This document shows positions 10,610 through 26,340 of a stretch of DNA of 64,000 bases, piece by piece. Below the pieces are notes generated by a model. It was not told the origin of the DNA and made no database searches. It worked only from the letters and a program-made list of their open reading frames with translations. The stretch's first letter is position 1. Each line of letters starts with the position of its first letter. The stretch is taken from assembly GCF_035084215.1 (NCBI RefSeq), contig NW_027139666.1:4154001-4218000 (forward strand). Reading direction: 5' to 3'. The DNA is from Heptranchias perlo (Eukaryota). Both the position numbers and the translations under genes were made by a program.

Positions 10610-13600
10610 TTACATACAGATACAGAATGAATCTCACACTCAGGTACAGTACCAGAGACTGACAGATGCAGAAGGAATCCCAAACTCACATATAATACCA
10701 GAGACTGACAGACACAGAGTGAATCCTACACTCACATATGGTACCAGAGATGACAGATACAGAATGAATCCCACACTGGCATACAGTACCAAGGGCTGAT
10801 AGATATCTAGTTAATTACTCACTCTCATAAAGTACTAGAGACTGACAGATAAATTATGACTCCCACATGCACACAGTACCAGAGTCTGAGAGATACAGAA
10901 TGAATCCCACACTCACACACAATACCAGAGACTGACAGATGGAGAATGCATCCCACACCAACATGCAGTCTGAGAGGCTGCATATATAGAATAAATTCAA
11001 CACCCACATACAAGACTGGAGACTGAAAGACACAGAATAAATCCCACACTCACACTATCAGAGACGGCATATATAGAATAAATCGCAAACTCAAACACAC
11101 TACTGACAAGATACAGAATGAATCCCACACTGACACAATGTTCCAGAGACTGAGAGATACAAAATGAATCACACATTCTTGCAGGCTGAGTAACACATTA
11201 CTTACCAGTTAAAGAAGTATCAGATTGAAAGATATAGTATCAATTACATTAGTGCAGACTGATCTGCACACTATAAACCACTACAAAAAACTGATGCAAA
11301 CTCACTCTGAAATATACAGTATTCCATTCATGCAGACTGAGCTGCACATCATATATAAGTTCAAAAATGTCAACATATCAGTTTGGAAGATAAACTAATG
11401 CACAATTGTGTTCCCATTGATACAGAATTAATAGTATTCCGAACAGTGCCCACATTCTCTGATTATATTCTACGGCATTACATTATCAACTGGGAAAAAT
11501 ATGAACAAATTGAGGTATTAAAGATACAGTTTTGAACACCATACTCAAAACGGAGAGACTAATTACATACAGATAAAGAATGAATCACATATTCAGATAG
11601 AGGGCCAGAGAGTGACACACAGAATGAAACCAACACTCACACAATGTAACAGTGACTGACAGATACCGAATGATTCCTACATTCACACACAGTACAAGGG
11701 ACTAACAAATATAGAATGAATCACACACTCCCACAATACCAGAGCCTGACAGATACAGAATGAATCCCATACTCACAGACAGTACTCGGGACTGACAGAT
11801 ACAGAATGAATCCCACACTCACAGACAGTACTGGGGACTGACAGATACAGAATGAATCCCACACTCACAGACAGTACTAGGGACTGACAGATACAGAATG
11901 AATCCCACACTCACAGACAGTACTAGGGACTGACAGATACAGAATGAATCCCACACGCACAGACAGTACGAGGGACTGACAGATACAGAATGAATCCCAC
12001 ATTCACAGACAGTACTAGGGACTGACAGATACAGAATGAATCCCACACTCACAGACAGTACTAGGGACTGACAGATACAGAATGAATCCCACACTCACAC
12101 ACAGTATTGGGGACTGACAGATACGGAATGAATCTCACAGTCGCACGCATTTATGCAGTCTGAGTTACACATTACATATCAGTCCAAAAATCTCATAGTG
12201 TCAGATTGAAAGATACAGTATCAATTCCATTAGTGCAGACTGATCTACACATTATAAACCACTACAAAAAAACTGATACCGATTCAGACTGAAATACACA
12301 GTATTCCATTCATGCAGACTGACCTACACATTATATACAAGGTCAAAAAAGTCACCATATCATTTTGGAAGATAAACTAATTCACAATTGTGTTTCCATC
12401 GATATACATTTAATAGAAGTCGAAAAAGGTCCACATTCTCTGATTATAACCAACAACATTACTTTTTAAAATGTATCATTATCAACCAATTAAACACTGG
12501 GAAAAATTATTGATACATTGAGGTATTACAAATAGATTTTTTAACAACATACTGTAAACGAAGATACAAATTACATATCGATAAAGAATGAATCTCACAC
12601 TCAGATAGAGGGCCAGAGACTGACACACAGAGTGAAATCAGCACTCACACAATGTAACAGTGACTGACAGATACCGAATGATTCCTACACTCACACACTG
12701 TAGCACAGACTGACAGAGACAAAATTTATATCACTCACATACAGTACCAGAAATTGATAGATGCAGATTGAATGACTCCCTCACATATAGCAGCTGAGAC
12801 TGACGGGAACAGAATGAAACCCTCATTCACACACAATACCAGGCACTAACAGATATTGAATGAATCCCACACTCACAGACTGTACCAGTGACTGACAGAT
12901 ACAGAATGAATCCCACACTCACATAGAGTACCAGAGACTGATAGATACCGAATGAATCCCACACCCACATACAGATACAGAATGAATCCCACACCCACGT
13001 ACAGTAACAGAGACTGACAGATACAGAATGAATCCCACTCCCACGTACAGTACCAGAGACTGACAGATACAGGATGAATCCCACACTCACACACAGTACC
13101 AGAGACTGACAGATACAGGATGTGTCCCACACTCACACACAGTACCAGAGACTGACAGATACAGGATGATTCCCACACTCACACACAGTACCAGAGACTG
13201 ACAGATACAGGGTGATTCCCACACTCACACACAGTACCAGAGACTGACAGATGCAGAATGAATCCCACACTCACACACAGTACCAGAGACTGACAGATGC
13301 AGAATGAATCCAACACTTACACACAGTTCCAAAGACTGACAGATGCAGAATTAATCCAACAGTTACACACAGTACCAGAGACTGACAGACACAGGATGAT
13401 TCCCACACTCACACACAGTACCAGAGACTGACAGATACGGGGTGATTCCCACACTCACACACAGTACCAGAGACTGACAGATACAGAATGAATCCCAAAC
13501 TCACACACAGTACCAGAGACTGACAGATGCAGAATGAATCCCACACCCACACACAGTACCAGAGACTGACAGATTCAGAATGAATCCCACACTCACACAC

Positions 13601-14395
13601 AGTACCAGAGACTGACAGATACAGAATGAATCCCACACTCACACACAGTACCAGAAATTGACAGATACAGAATGAATCCCACACTCACACACAGACATTA
13701 TTGCAGATCTGAGCTACATATTACATACCAGTCCAATAATTTCACAATGAACGTATTGAAAGGTACATTATCATTCACAATAGAGTTCAGAGATTAAGAT
13801 GTAACAAAATTCCAAAACTCACACACGTTGTTTGATTGAAGAAAATCGAAAAATATATCCATGTTTGCAAATTAAATACTTGACGAAAAACTGCTTATAC
13901 TTTAAAGTATTAAGGATGCAGTTTCAAGTAAAATACTGGGAACTGAAATAAGAATACAGAATTAATCCAGGTTTGCACTTTGTCTCAGGGATTGAATTAC
14001 AGAATGAATCGCACACTGAGATAAAGTAGCAGATAATGGCAGATACAGAATGAATCCCACACTCACATACAGGACCAGAGACTGACAGTTACAGAGGAAA
14101 TTCCACACTTACACACAGTACCTGAGACTGGCGGGTACAGAATTAATCCCACTCTCATATACAGTGCCAGAGACTGGCAGATACAAAATGATCCCAAGCT
14201 CATATGTAGTGCCAGAGACTGAGAGATACAGAATGAATCCCACACCCACACTCAGGACCAGAGACTGACAGATACAGAAAGAATCCCACACTCACAAAGA
14301 GAGACTGACAGATACAGAATGAATCACACACTCAGAGTATCAGAGATTGACAGATACAGATTAAATCCCGCTCTCATACACAGTACTAGAGACTG
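10610..14395. repeat. 46-bp satellite arrays interleaved with 82-bp-type units
   Basis: Unit acacagtaccagagactgacagatacagaatgaatcccacactcac; homogeneous blocks at 11760-12120 and 12830-13690. Confidence 0.93.
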
Positions 14396-15016
14396 ACCTC
14401 ATCTGGACGTAGGCGAGAACTGTATAACAGCGGAACAAATTCACATTATCTGTCGTGGTTACAGTAACAGGACAATGTGCAAGATGAAAAAAGATGCAAG
14501 ATGTAATTTCTACTCTCGTAATTTTACACGTTTTCTTATTGGAAAATGAAGACAATTAATTCATAATAAAGTTTTTGTTTTACTCATTCGATAGTTGTGA
14601 ATTTACCCCTTTATTTTTCACTTACGTTGCGCAGTATTTCTCTCTGATTTCTCAGGACACGATTTACATTGCTCCTCTACCCCATTTGGACTCTTATTTC
14701 CCAAGCAGTATGTGGCCTCCTTATTCCCCCTAACAAAATTAATCAGATCACAACTTTCTATATATAAATTCAATGCACATTTACACGACCGTTCTGCAAG
14801 CTGATTTTGTCGCAGTCTTCCTCAGTATTGGCTATAGTCCCGAAATCAATTACAAGAATTTAACACAGCATTACAACTAATGTTTGGTCTAAAAAAAAGT
14901 ACTTGCATCTCATCTCCATTCCAAGTTTCTCCAAATCCAACTCGTGCAATATAATGTGAAGAATGAGTTTATCTTCTGTCCCTCTCTCATCTGCAAACTT
15001 CAATGACCCGGGGTTT

Positions 15017-15052
15017 GGGGACATCTACTGGCCGGAAGCAGAACTGCAACAG
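15017..15052 (-). promoter_or_regulatory. Putative bipartite CTCF site
   Basis: Reverse complement: TGCAGTTC-tgcttc-CGGCCAGTAGATGTCCCC (upstream motif + core). Confidence 0.65.
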
Positions 15053-15299
15053 TTCGGAACAAATTGCTGAAACCGGACAATGTGCAGTGTGATTGGTGGC
15101 AGGTATGAAATCCAATTGGTTTCTTCAGGTATCCAACCAGAGAGTTACAGTGAATAATTATTGTTACATCATTCCCAGTGACCCAATCATGATCATTGCC
15201 TTCCCCCATCCCTCATTACCATAGGGCTGTGGGGCTGCCGACTCAAGCCGAACTCTGAGCCGATGTTGTTCATTTCTGAGCCTGAAATTCAGTTTGAAA

Positions 15300-15674
15300 A
15301 TGCCTGAGGACAAGAAAGCAGCTCCCAAGAAGGGCGCCAAGAAAACCTTGAGTAAAGCACCAGCCAAAGGCGGCAAGAAGCGGAGAAAGTCGAGGAAGGA
15401 GAGTTACTCCATCTACATCTACAAAGTGATGAAGCAGGTTCACCCCGACACCGGCATCTCCTCCAAGGCCATGGGCATCATGAACTCCTTTGTGAACGAT
15501 ATTTTCGAGCGCATCGCGGTTGAGGCTTCCCGCCTGGCCCATTACAACAAGCGGGCGACCATCAGCTCCCGGGAGATCTAGACCGCCGTGCGCCTGCTGC
15601 TGCCCGGGGAACTGGCCAAGCACGTCGTGTCGGAAGGGACAAAGGCGGTGACCAAGTAAACCAGCTCCAAGTAA
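15300..15674 (+). pseudogene. H2B: Histone H2B pseudogene
   Basis: Full-length H2B frame with CAG>TAG (15579-81) and TAC>TAA (15657-59). Confidence 0.93.
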
Positions 15675-15704
15675 AACTCCTCAATGTACTGAAAAAAAAA
15701 CAAC

Positions 15705-15720
15705 GGCTCTTTTAAGAGCC
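15705..15720 (+). terminator. Histone 3' stem-loop (H2B pseudogene)
   Basis: GGCTCT-TTTA-AGAGCC-ACCCA, then HDE-like gaaagtgctg. Confidence 0.93.
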
Positions 15721-16367
15721 ACCCACAACCTCTCTGAAAGTGCTGCATTTCCTATATATTTTCTTAATATCTTTTTAATACCGCGATATGATTCCATTCC
15801 AATACTGATACTGTAACTACGCCGTTGAAATTTCTGACACATAAACTGAACGCGAGTTTCTGATCCGCTCCTTCCCATTCGCTTTGTTCTTAAAGCGTTA
15901 CTATTCCGGCCACGAACACACCCTGAATGACCACATTAGCAGTGCCATTATCTCCTTTAATTCAGTCTCCGAAATGTTTACTAACTGATGTGAAAATCCC
16001 CATATTAACAGCAACCACACCCCTTGCAGTAACACAGCGGAGTAGGGGCAGAATGAGAACTCCGTCCGCGTCCATCTTTTCACAGAAGCACACCCGGCTC
16101 TGTGAGAAGGGACCAATCTATAACGTGTCACTTTTCGAAAGATTAAATTGAAATGTGTCCCTTCACGGAATGCTGTGAATGGTGATTTAGTCCAGTCCGA
16201 TATGTTTGAAAGCGATGATGGAATAAACCATAATTTAAAGCAGGTTTTAAAATAGCTCCAGCGATTGCTGACGTGTAGCGCTGAATAAGACAAGGTAAAA
16301 AGAACGGGTTTAAAATCTTGTGCTCGGGGCGACATTGATCCAAATCCGGTCCTTGACAAGACTGAAA

Positions 16368-16972
<605 letters not shown>

Positions 16973-17002
16973 AGCGACCAAGAATTAATCTGATAACACA
17001 AA

Positions 17003-17018
17003 GGCTCTTTTCAGAGCC
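17003..17018 (+). terminator. Histone 3' stem-loop (H2A)
   Basis: GGCTCT-TTTC-AGAGCC-ACCCA; HDE gaaagggctg. Confidence 0.95.
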
Positions 17019-17160
17019 ACCCACTTTATCTATGAAAGGGCTGGTTACTGTATGAACGGAGTCAGAAATCAATTTAATAATAAACAATCTGTTTCACATC
17101 TGGATCAAACTGCCTCCCGTTAGTTCCAAACTAACGATGTCTTGTTAAATACAAACGATC

Positions 17161-17196
17161 TGTTGCAGTACTCGCTTCCGGACAGTAGATGTCGCC
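17161..17196 (+). promoter_or_regulatory. Putative bipartite CTCF site
   Basis: TGCAGTAC-tcgcttc-CGGACAGTAGATGTCGCC. Confidence 0.65.
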
Positions 17197-18267
17197 AACC
17201 TCCAATAGGTTGAAATATACAGATTGTATGGAAAATGAGACAAATAATCAGTTCATTAAACTGGGCGGGTGGGCTAGAGAGATAACGGGTGAATTTGATC
17301 ATCGGCAACAAGACGCACTCTATTGTGTTCGAGCCATTATTTTAAGTGTTATTTGCAGTCTCATTCTCCCACAACACTTACTCGGTCTGACTTCCATTAC
17401 CCAGAAGGTGACGGATGTGTTGATCATTGTGTCAGCGATTGCTGAATCAGTGAATGAAATTTGTCTGTTACTAGATGTGAGTGAGAGATTTATTCTGTCC
17501 CTGTCAGTCTGACGAGTACCGCAGTGAATGTGACACTAAGTTTCACACTGCTTCTGATTCTAGCGCTGAAAGAAAACACTTTGGTTCTATTATTGCGAGT
17601 TACAGTGAAACAGCCTCTGTCACGACAGCTGGAGAGGGATAATAGACAAACTGCATTTGATCCGAGACTGATTCTTTAGAGATCAAAGTATTTCCAACAG
17701 AGCCAAGCTGACACTATATCGGAAATGAGAACTTGCATCTCTTGTACTTTTGACGCTGCACGATCCTCTCCCTGTATATATGTCCGAGTTAGATTGACAC
17801 TGGGGGTGCAGATACCTGATGTGAAAGAGTAGGATCGAATTCAGCCCTTTCTGTACCTGTTTGCCAGTAATTTCACTGTCCAAGTGTGGCACTGGATGTG
17901 ATGATGGGACTCAGTCTGCGCAGTGAGTGGAATTCACCTCCCTCCAATCCTGGGTGTGATGTGTGGAAATTAAACTGTGTCGTTTTCAAATACCTGCTGT
18001 TGGTTAGTCTGGAATTGTCACCCTTGTCTGTTTGTGTATGTTTAACACAGCTACTGTACCTGCCCAGAACTTCACAGATCAGCTCTACTCCGAACTATCT
18101 CCCGTGTTATAAGGGGCGATGATATGGACAGTTTATAAATGCTAGTCGTGCCCCGCTTAACATCCGCTACTTCCCTTCATGAATTTCCCGTGTAATTATT
18201 TTTTTTATCTGCACTGTCGCACCATTTCAACCCAGGAGATCACAGCTCTTTCCATCGCCGATTTGGT

Positions 18268-18283
18268 GGCTCTGAAAAGAGCC
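18268..18283 (-). terminator. Histone 3' stem-loop (H3)
   Basis: RC GGCTCT-TTTC-AGAGCC-ACCA; HDE GAAAGAGCTG at RC 18243-18252. Confidence 0.95.
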
Positions 18284-18316
18284 TTTGTTGCACTTGGTGC
18301 TGAAGCCGGGTCGGGT

Positions 18317-18739
<423 letters not shown>

Positions 18740-19497
18740 TCACAACACAACCCGAGACACAAAGACTGTTAATACAGAGTGCGCTCTGGGGCCGCCTTTT
18801 AAATGGTCTAAGGGAATCCGCCCCTGGCCTGCGATTTGCTGAAGTCCCACACCCTGTCAGGGATGGACAGCCCCGGGCCTGTGATTGGCTGGTTTGAACC
18901 GAGCTCTCACAATCAGACCGAAACGGTGGGAGGTATTGGGCCCCAATTGGCTGAGCTGAAATCAATCATCAAATAACAGTTTCAAGAAAATCTAATTTCC
19001 CTCCAGCAGTTTAAAAATCCCACTGTTTATAATCTCCATTATTTCCGACTCCTCAGCTCAAATCTCAGGCTGTTTCACATTCCGGTTCATTCTCTGATCT
19101 GTCTGTGAACGGGACAAAGTCAGCTTCAATTTCAAAAATCCCGCCAGTTCCGGCCCGGTGAACCGGTCCTCACATACAAACTTCGCATCGAACTGATAAT
19201 TGAACACCGAGCAGAGAGGACACAGCGGGAGAGGGAGTGAGGAGGGATTTTACTCTGAGCGGAGAATGTAATATCTGGGGAAAGACTCTATCACCGCCTG
19301 TACATTTATACCGTGAAATCGGGAATTCCGCTCCTTCTCTTGGGATGGCCGAGAACCCGGGCCGTTGTTTCTGATCTCCCTGTACCGAGTGTTGGGGAAT
19401 CTCCCCATACTAATTAAATATCGGAAACTGATTCCCCACCCCGAGATCTTTCATCTCCCCGTTCCCAGGTCAGTGCTCTCTCTGTGAGGCGGTGGGT

Positions 19498-19513
19498 GGC
19501 TCTTAGAAGAGCC
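19498..19513 (-). terminator. Histone 3' stem-loop (H4)
   Basis: RC GGCTCT-TCTA-AGAGCC-ACCCA. Confidence 0.95.
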
Positions 19514-19548
19514 TTTGTTTTGTGTCCGGTTTGAAAGGGTCGAGTTGT

Positions 19549-19869
<321 letters not shown>

Positions 19870-19959
19870 TCACTCAGATCGCTGCTGAATGAACAGCTAA
19901 CTTATAATGCTTCCATTTTTATGCATCCTGCCCCGACCTGACTGAAACATGCACATGGT

Positions 19960-20115
19960 GAGAGAGGGAGGGGAGGAGACAGAGTGAAATATTAAACAGA
20001 GAGGGGAGGAGACAGAGTGTGATATTAAACAGAGAGGGGAGGAGACAGAGTGAGATATTAAACAGAGAGGGGAGGAGACAGAGTGAGATATTAAACAGAG
20101 AGGGGAGGAGAGAGT
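19960..20115. repeat. 33-bp VNTR upstream of H4
   Basis: ~4.5 copies of gagaggggaggagacagagtgagatattaaaca. Confidence 0.9.
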
Positions 20116-20783
20116 CAGAATGACGGACAGAGCGGAGAGCGGCCTCTGATCTTCCAGCTCCATCTCCAGCTTTCTCCACCCGCCAATTTCAAACCGTTTT
20201 TCGATAATAGAACCGAAACACAACGCTCCGCACAAACCCTTACAGACTCGGGCTTCATATTCAAGGATTCCCAGAAACCCGGAGCTTTTAAATAAGCCAC
20301 GTTACAATTAACAGTCAGTAATATTCCTCCCTAAATACAATCCCTTCTCTTACAAGTCAACCCGCCTCCTCCCATTTCAGTCCCAGACCCGATTCTATCT
20401 CCCCACACATCCCTCCCAGACGGGTTCAGCAGTTTACAAACACTTTATTCCAGCTGATTTGAAGAATCTCATGTGCTCAGGTTTGAATTGTGATAGCGGC
20501 GGATCTCCGCCAGTTTTACCGTCACGGACTCTCGCCCTGAATCTGTGAGAAAAAATGAACTGAGACTGGAGCCGAACACACGCCGGTTACAGTGAGGACC
20601 GGCCCGGACATCCCATTCTCTCTATTTTATTTTAGACAGTGGGGGAGGGGCGGGGGGAGCGAATATAAGCGAGTCACCAGGACCCTGGTTCTATTTGGAA
20701 TGATTTCTATCTGAAATCTGAGCCCGGCCCCGGGACAGGAATCATCTGATTCCGGGATCAGCTCTTTTCTGAGAGACGTGGGT

Positions 20784-20799
20784 GGCTCTGAGAAGAGCC
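20784..20799 (-). terminator. Histone 3' stem-loop (H1)
   Basis: RC GGCTCT-TCTC-AGAGCC-ACCCA; HDE AAAAGAGCTG. Confidence 0.95.
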
Positions 20800-20835
20800 G
20801 TTGGGTTCAGATGGTCAAAAGTTGCACTTGATTTT

Positions 20836-21453
20836 TTACTTCTTCTTGCCCGCTGCTTTCTTCGGCTTTGCTGACTTCGGTTTGGGCTTGGCCCTCGGTT
20901 TTTCCACCTTCTTCGCCTTCGCCTTCAATGGTTTGGGGGTCTTGGGCTTCTTAGCCGCCGCTTTCTTCTTAATTGGTGATTTCGCCGCCTTTTTCGTGGT
21001 CGATTTCTTGGCGGCTGGTTTCTTGGCCGTTAATTTCTTGACCGCCGTTTTTTTGGTCGCTGGTTTCTTTCCGGGAGATTTCTTGGTCACTTGTTTCTTC
21101 ACCTTCTTTCCCACTTTTGCCTGAGTTTCCTTCTTAGCGACTCTGAAGGAGCCCGAGGCGCCCGTGCCCTTGATCTGCACCAGGGAGCCTTTTTCCACAT
21201 TTCTCCTGATACTTAATTTGATCTGGGACCGGTGCTTCTCCACATCCAGGCCTTTGGTGGCCAGAACCTTCTTTATCGCGGCCAGGGATATCCCCTTGCG
21301 ATCCTTGCAATCCGCCGCAATCTTGAGGATCTGTTCGCCCAACGGGGGACCGGCTGTCTTGTGTCGGGGGATCGCCTTCTTCTTCGGAGCTTTGGTTTGA
21401 GCGGTGGCGGCGGCGGCAGAAGGTGCCTTTTCGGCGGCTGCAGTGTCTGTCAT
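20836..21453 (-). CDS. H1: Linker histone H1, 205 aa
   Basis: Globular domain ending 'KGSLVQIKGTGASGSFRV'; K/A/P-rich tail with SPxK; stem-loop; upstream AC-box GAAACACA (RC 21598-21605) and GC box. Confidence 0.95.
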   Translation of the reverse strand: MTDTAAAEKAPSAAAATAQTKAPKKKAIPRHKTAGPPLGEQILKIAADCKDRKGISLAAIKKVLATKGLDVEKHRSQIKLSIRRNVEKGSLVQIKGTGASGSFRVAKKETQAKVGKKVKKQVTKKSPGKKPATKKTAVKKLTAKKPAAKKSTTKKAAKSPIKKKAAAKKPKTPKPLKAKAKKVEKPRAKPKPKSAKPKKAAGKKK

Positions 21454-23730
21454 GTCCGGGACTCAGTAGAAAATCTCTCTGACAGTCAGAGCTGGGTCAG
21501 AAATGAAACGAGAGGCGGCGGCACAGAGCAACTTAAAGGCACAGAGCGGACGGGGCGGAGACATCCTGCTGTCAGCTCCCGGCCCCTCCAGCCTCTCTGT
21601 GTTTCTCTCCCCTCTTAAACTTCCCGATTCCAATTAAAATCCGGCATTCCAGAGTCCCAGACTAGCCCCTTCCTATCTCTAACACCGGAATGTTTGCTGT
21701 CGTAAAACTTTCACTTAAATTAAAAGCACCAATTTCGATATAAACCCGTTTCATTGATGCACTGATCGCGCTCTCTCACCCGATCGCTGACATGATCTCC
21801 GTTTTTCGGCTAAATCTTGAATTGAACTAAAACTTAACCTTAAATTTCCACTTCGGAACTCGGCAGGCGAGGAGGGCGATCGCTTAACGGTGATTTTTTT
21901 TTAAGTTAACTCAAAAGGGTCTCGGAAATCCGGCGATGTGACCGGCTACACAAACACAGTGACATTAATCTAACCCGTCCGCCCCTTTTACACACTCTCT
22001 CTGACACAACGTTCACATCTTCACATTCACAGGACAAACTGGTCGCCAGATTGACAATTCCCGGGACAGGCTTTCCTCCCCGCTCGGCCTGTGCTGCCGA
22101 TTCTCGGGGGTTAGTTGCAGTTTCCCAGCTCACTATCTGTTAAACACTCTGTGGCCGGCACTCCTCACAGTGTCTGGTCCCCAGATTCAGGGGCTGGAGC
22201 CAATCACAGCTGTGGATGTGATAATTCACATCTGGTTTTACATTATTAGATTGTTCGCACACAGGAATATGTGTGGTTTTGACGATAATAATAATTTTCC
22301 GCTCTTGGCTCCTCCAGTCTCTCTGTGTTTCTCTCTCCTCCTAAACTGACTGACAGACAATAATAACTAGTGTCCGATCCATCCCTTTCTCAACACCCAG
22401 AGACGGCTAGTTACTGAATAAATTCAACACTCAAAGGCAGTCCAGTTACAGGCTGTTTCTCTACATCTTTCTTTACAGGATTGGAGACAGTTAAGTGCAC
22501 CGTCAGACCGGCTCATAACGGACAGAGACGGTCTGAACAACACCACACAGACACAGAATCAGTCTTTCATTTTTTTTCAGTGTGTCCATATTTCGCTCAG
22601 TAACAGTATCCCGCCTTCATGTACAGAACTAGAGAGAGAGAAAGACAGACAGACAGATAAACAGACAGACAGAGACACACAGGCAGACAGGCATAGTATC
22701 CGTCTCACACTTCTCATCGGTGTGTCAGTTTCACACATCGGAAACAGTATCCCACCTTCACGTACAGCGCTAGAGAGAGAGTGATACAGACAGAGACACA
22801 GACAGACAGACACAGTATCAGTCTCACACTTCCCATCATTGTGTCCGTTTCACAAACAATAAACAGCATCACACCTTCACGTACAGCGCTAGAGAGAGAG
22901 ATGCAGACAGGCACAGTATCAGCCTTACGGTTCCTTTCAGTGTGTCTGTACCACGCTCAAGATCAGTATCCCACCTCCATTTACAGTACAAAAGAGAGAA
23001 AGAGAAACTGACCTGTAATTGCCTGTTTTCATCCAATAACAAATAAGGAGATATTCCATTCCAATTGCTAACCACAGTGGAGTGACAGAAGTTGCAGTGT
23101 CATTTCTCACTGATATTATTTCAGAGACAGACACATTATTAATCCCTCTCTCAGGGACAGTGTCACACATTTAACGCTCTCTTCCATTTTGTACCCTCAG
23201 CAATCTTGCAGCTCAGTATTACTCTCAGCAGCCGAGAGTTTCACTCCGATTAAAATAAACTGGGACTGTTGCCGTTAGATATTATTCCTACACGGTCCCA
23301 GCAAATACACCGACTCCCACTTTCCTCCTATATTTTTCCAGGATTGGTTTGAGGAATCTTCCCTCCTGTTTCGGAGTCACACGTTCTATTATCAGTGCAG
23401 AGTCCCAGAATGAACAGGACCCATTGGCTCATTCCACAGCCGTCCACTTTATCTCTGAAAGACTCTTTACCATCAAAAGATACCGAGAGAAACAGCAGGG
23501 ATGGAAACATCTCGTTTAATAGTTGGAGATTGTAAAGTCAGTCTGGATTCCAGCGTTAGGCACTGGTGGAATCCCATCTGTTTCCCATTCTGGTGCCTGT
23601 TCCTACACTGCCTGTGGACCCCATTCCCTCTGACCTTTCCCCCAGACCCACTTCCTTTGCTCAGACTCTGAAAAATTCCAATTGGGGAAAGTTTCCATCG
23701 ATTTTTGTATTGGGAATTAAAACAGATATC

Positions 23731-23995
23731 TGCGCATGCGTGACTCAGCCCCGCCCCCAGAGCTGATAATTGGTGAGTAGAAGAGCGCATGCGCGCTCCC
23801 CTCCCCCAGCTCGGCCTGTGGGCGCCATTCACTCAGTGAGCGGAAGAAGATGGTTTAAAACAGCCGGGAATGGAGAGATCACGGCCCCGGGGGAAGGGAG
23901 CAAAGAGCAGCCTCGTTACAGCAGCTCATCGCTTCGGGACCGTGTCCGCAGATGGGCTCAGAGATCGGCATTGAGTCCGGGGGAAGGTCAGGGGG
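23731..23995 (+). promoter_or_regulatory. CpG promoter module, copy 2
   Basis: Same NRF1/AP-1/GC-box/NRF1 string as at 8782. Confidence 0.65.
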
Positions 23996-25599
23996 AGTCC
24001 GGGGGCTGTTTGTAAGAGGCGGAGTGGATCAGGAACTGGTCCCGGAACATGGAGTGAGAGGGGGAAGGGAGAGGTCATTCTCAGGCTGTGTTTGTGCAGG
24101 ATGTGTCCAAGGTAAGTGAGTCAGAATGGGAAGAAACTGCTATTTAAAATCATTGCTGCTTTCTCTCCCCAAACCAGTAGTGAATGGTCCTGGTTTAGTT
24201 CCAGTCTCACCCTGTTTGTTGTTATTGGACAGTGAAGAGTGGAACCAGAGCCGGACAGTAAGGATGTGGGGAGTTATACAAAGAGCATCTTTTGCAGGCC
24301 TCAGGTGAGAAGTGTGAAGGGCACATTTTAAACAGCGGCTATTTGGTTTCGGTTGAATGTTTCGTCCTCTGGGAGAGAGCATTAGAAACCTGACCTGTGC
24401 ATAGGTCCCCGCCCCATCGGGTCGTCCCATTCATGGATCAGTCCAGGGGTTGGGTTGTGTCTGGATGTCACTAAATTGTTCTAAAACAGCCCAACACACC
24501 TGGTGTGCAGAAGCTGAGTGCTTCATTACTGCAGTGGATTCAGACACTGACACTGTTTGTATGGCTGGTTTTCATAATGATCATTAACAGAGAGATTAAA
24601 CTGTTCACCTTTGTATTATCTTCCTCTCTGGTTCTGGAGTTACAACAGTTACTTTTTCTTCCAACAGGCAAATAATTGAAGGGCCAAGAAAACATGTGAT
24701 GTTTCCTCCACCCGAGGCACAAGGAACAGTGCAGCCAGCTCCTTCTCACACACGGTCGGTACATTATCACACACAGAGCACAGAGACACAGACAGGTCAT
24801 CAGTTCCACAGTCACAGGCATCACAATTATTCAGTCTCAGACTGATCCCAAGATTCGGAGACACATTTTCAATCCAACAGGGAAACAGAGCAGTTGAGGC
24901 AGACGCTTTTAACATTTCGCCCTAACTCAGTATCTACTAGTATCTACCCGAAAAGGTAGATACAAAAAACCCAGTCCAAAGTCACGCTTTCAGATTGTCA
25001 ATCTCACAGTAGAGGAACATTAGCTACGAATTAAATATCAGACAGAAATCACACATGAAATCCAATGGAAAGGTACAGAATGAATCCCAATAATGTACCC
25101 CGAGATTCAAATTGAATACTGGCCCAGAATTCTCACACACGTATGAGTTTAATACATGTACTATCGATTAGAATAGTGCATCATGAGATATAAATTGCAT
25201 ACCAGTCCAAAACTCTCATACAAACAATTGGATTGAGAAATGCTGTGGCAGCGTAACATGAGAAACAAATTAGATACCTGTTTATAATACACTCATTTTG
25301 AGATTTAAAGATACAGTTTCAATTCAATTAGCACCGACTGAATTACACATTACATACCAGTCCAAACATGTCACCACATCAGTTTGAAAGATACATTATC
25401 ATTCAAATTTGTGTTCACAGAGATACCGATTTAATCATAGTCCAAAAAGCGCACAAATTATCTGATTGAAATCTTCCAGCATCAAATCCTAAAGTGTATC
25501 CATATTTTCCATTTAAATAATGAGAAAAACTATTTAAACATTAAGATATTAAAGCTACAGCATTGAATGCAATAATATAATCTGAGAGAAAATTATAGG

Positions 25600-26296
25600 C
25601 AGATACAGAATGAATCTCACACTCACATACCGTACCAGAGACTGACAGATGCAGAAGGAATCCCAATCTCTCACACAGTACCAAAGACTGACAGATACAG
25701 AATGAATCCCACACTCACATACAGTGACAAGGACTGACAGATAACGAGTTCATCCCACACACTCATAAAGCGCAAGAGACTTACAGGTAAAGTATGAATC
25801 CCACACTCATACAAGCTACCTGATACTGAGATTCAGAATGAATCCCAAACAAACATACAGTATGAGAAACTGCATATATGGAAATAAATCAACACACACG
25901 CACAGTACCAGCGAAGGTGTATACAGAATGAAACCCACACTCGCAGACAGTACCAGGAACTGATAGGAACAGACTGAATCTCACTCACACACAGTAACAG
26001 AGACTGACATATACAGAATGAATCCCACACTCACATACAATACCAGAGATTGACAGATACCGAATGAAACCCACACTCACAGACAATACCAGAGACTAAC
26101 AGATACAGAATGAAACATACACTCACAGACAGTACCAGAGACTGGCAGGAACATAATGAATTCCACACTCACACACAGTACCTTGGACATACATATACAG
26201 AATGAATCCCACACTCACACACATTACCAGGATTTGAGAAATACGGAAGGAATCCCACAATCACGCAGTGCCAGAGACTGACAGATACACAATGAA

Positions 26297-26340
<44 letters not shown>

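Noticed and set aside
10610-14395. CRISPR-like regular repeats
   Set aside because: Head-to-tail units with no unique spacers, no cas genes, vertebrate DNA
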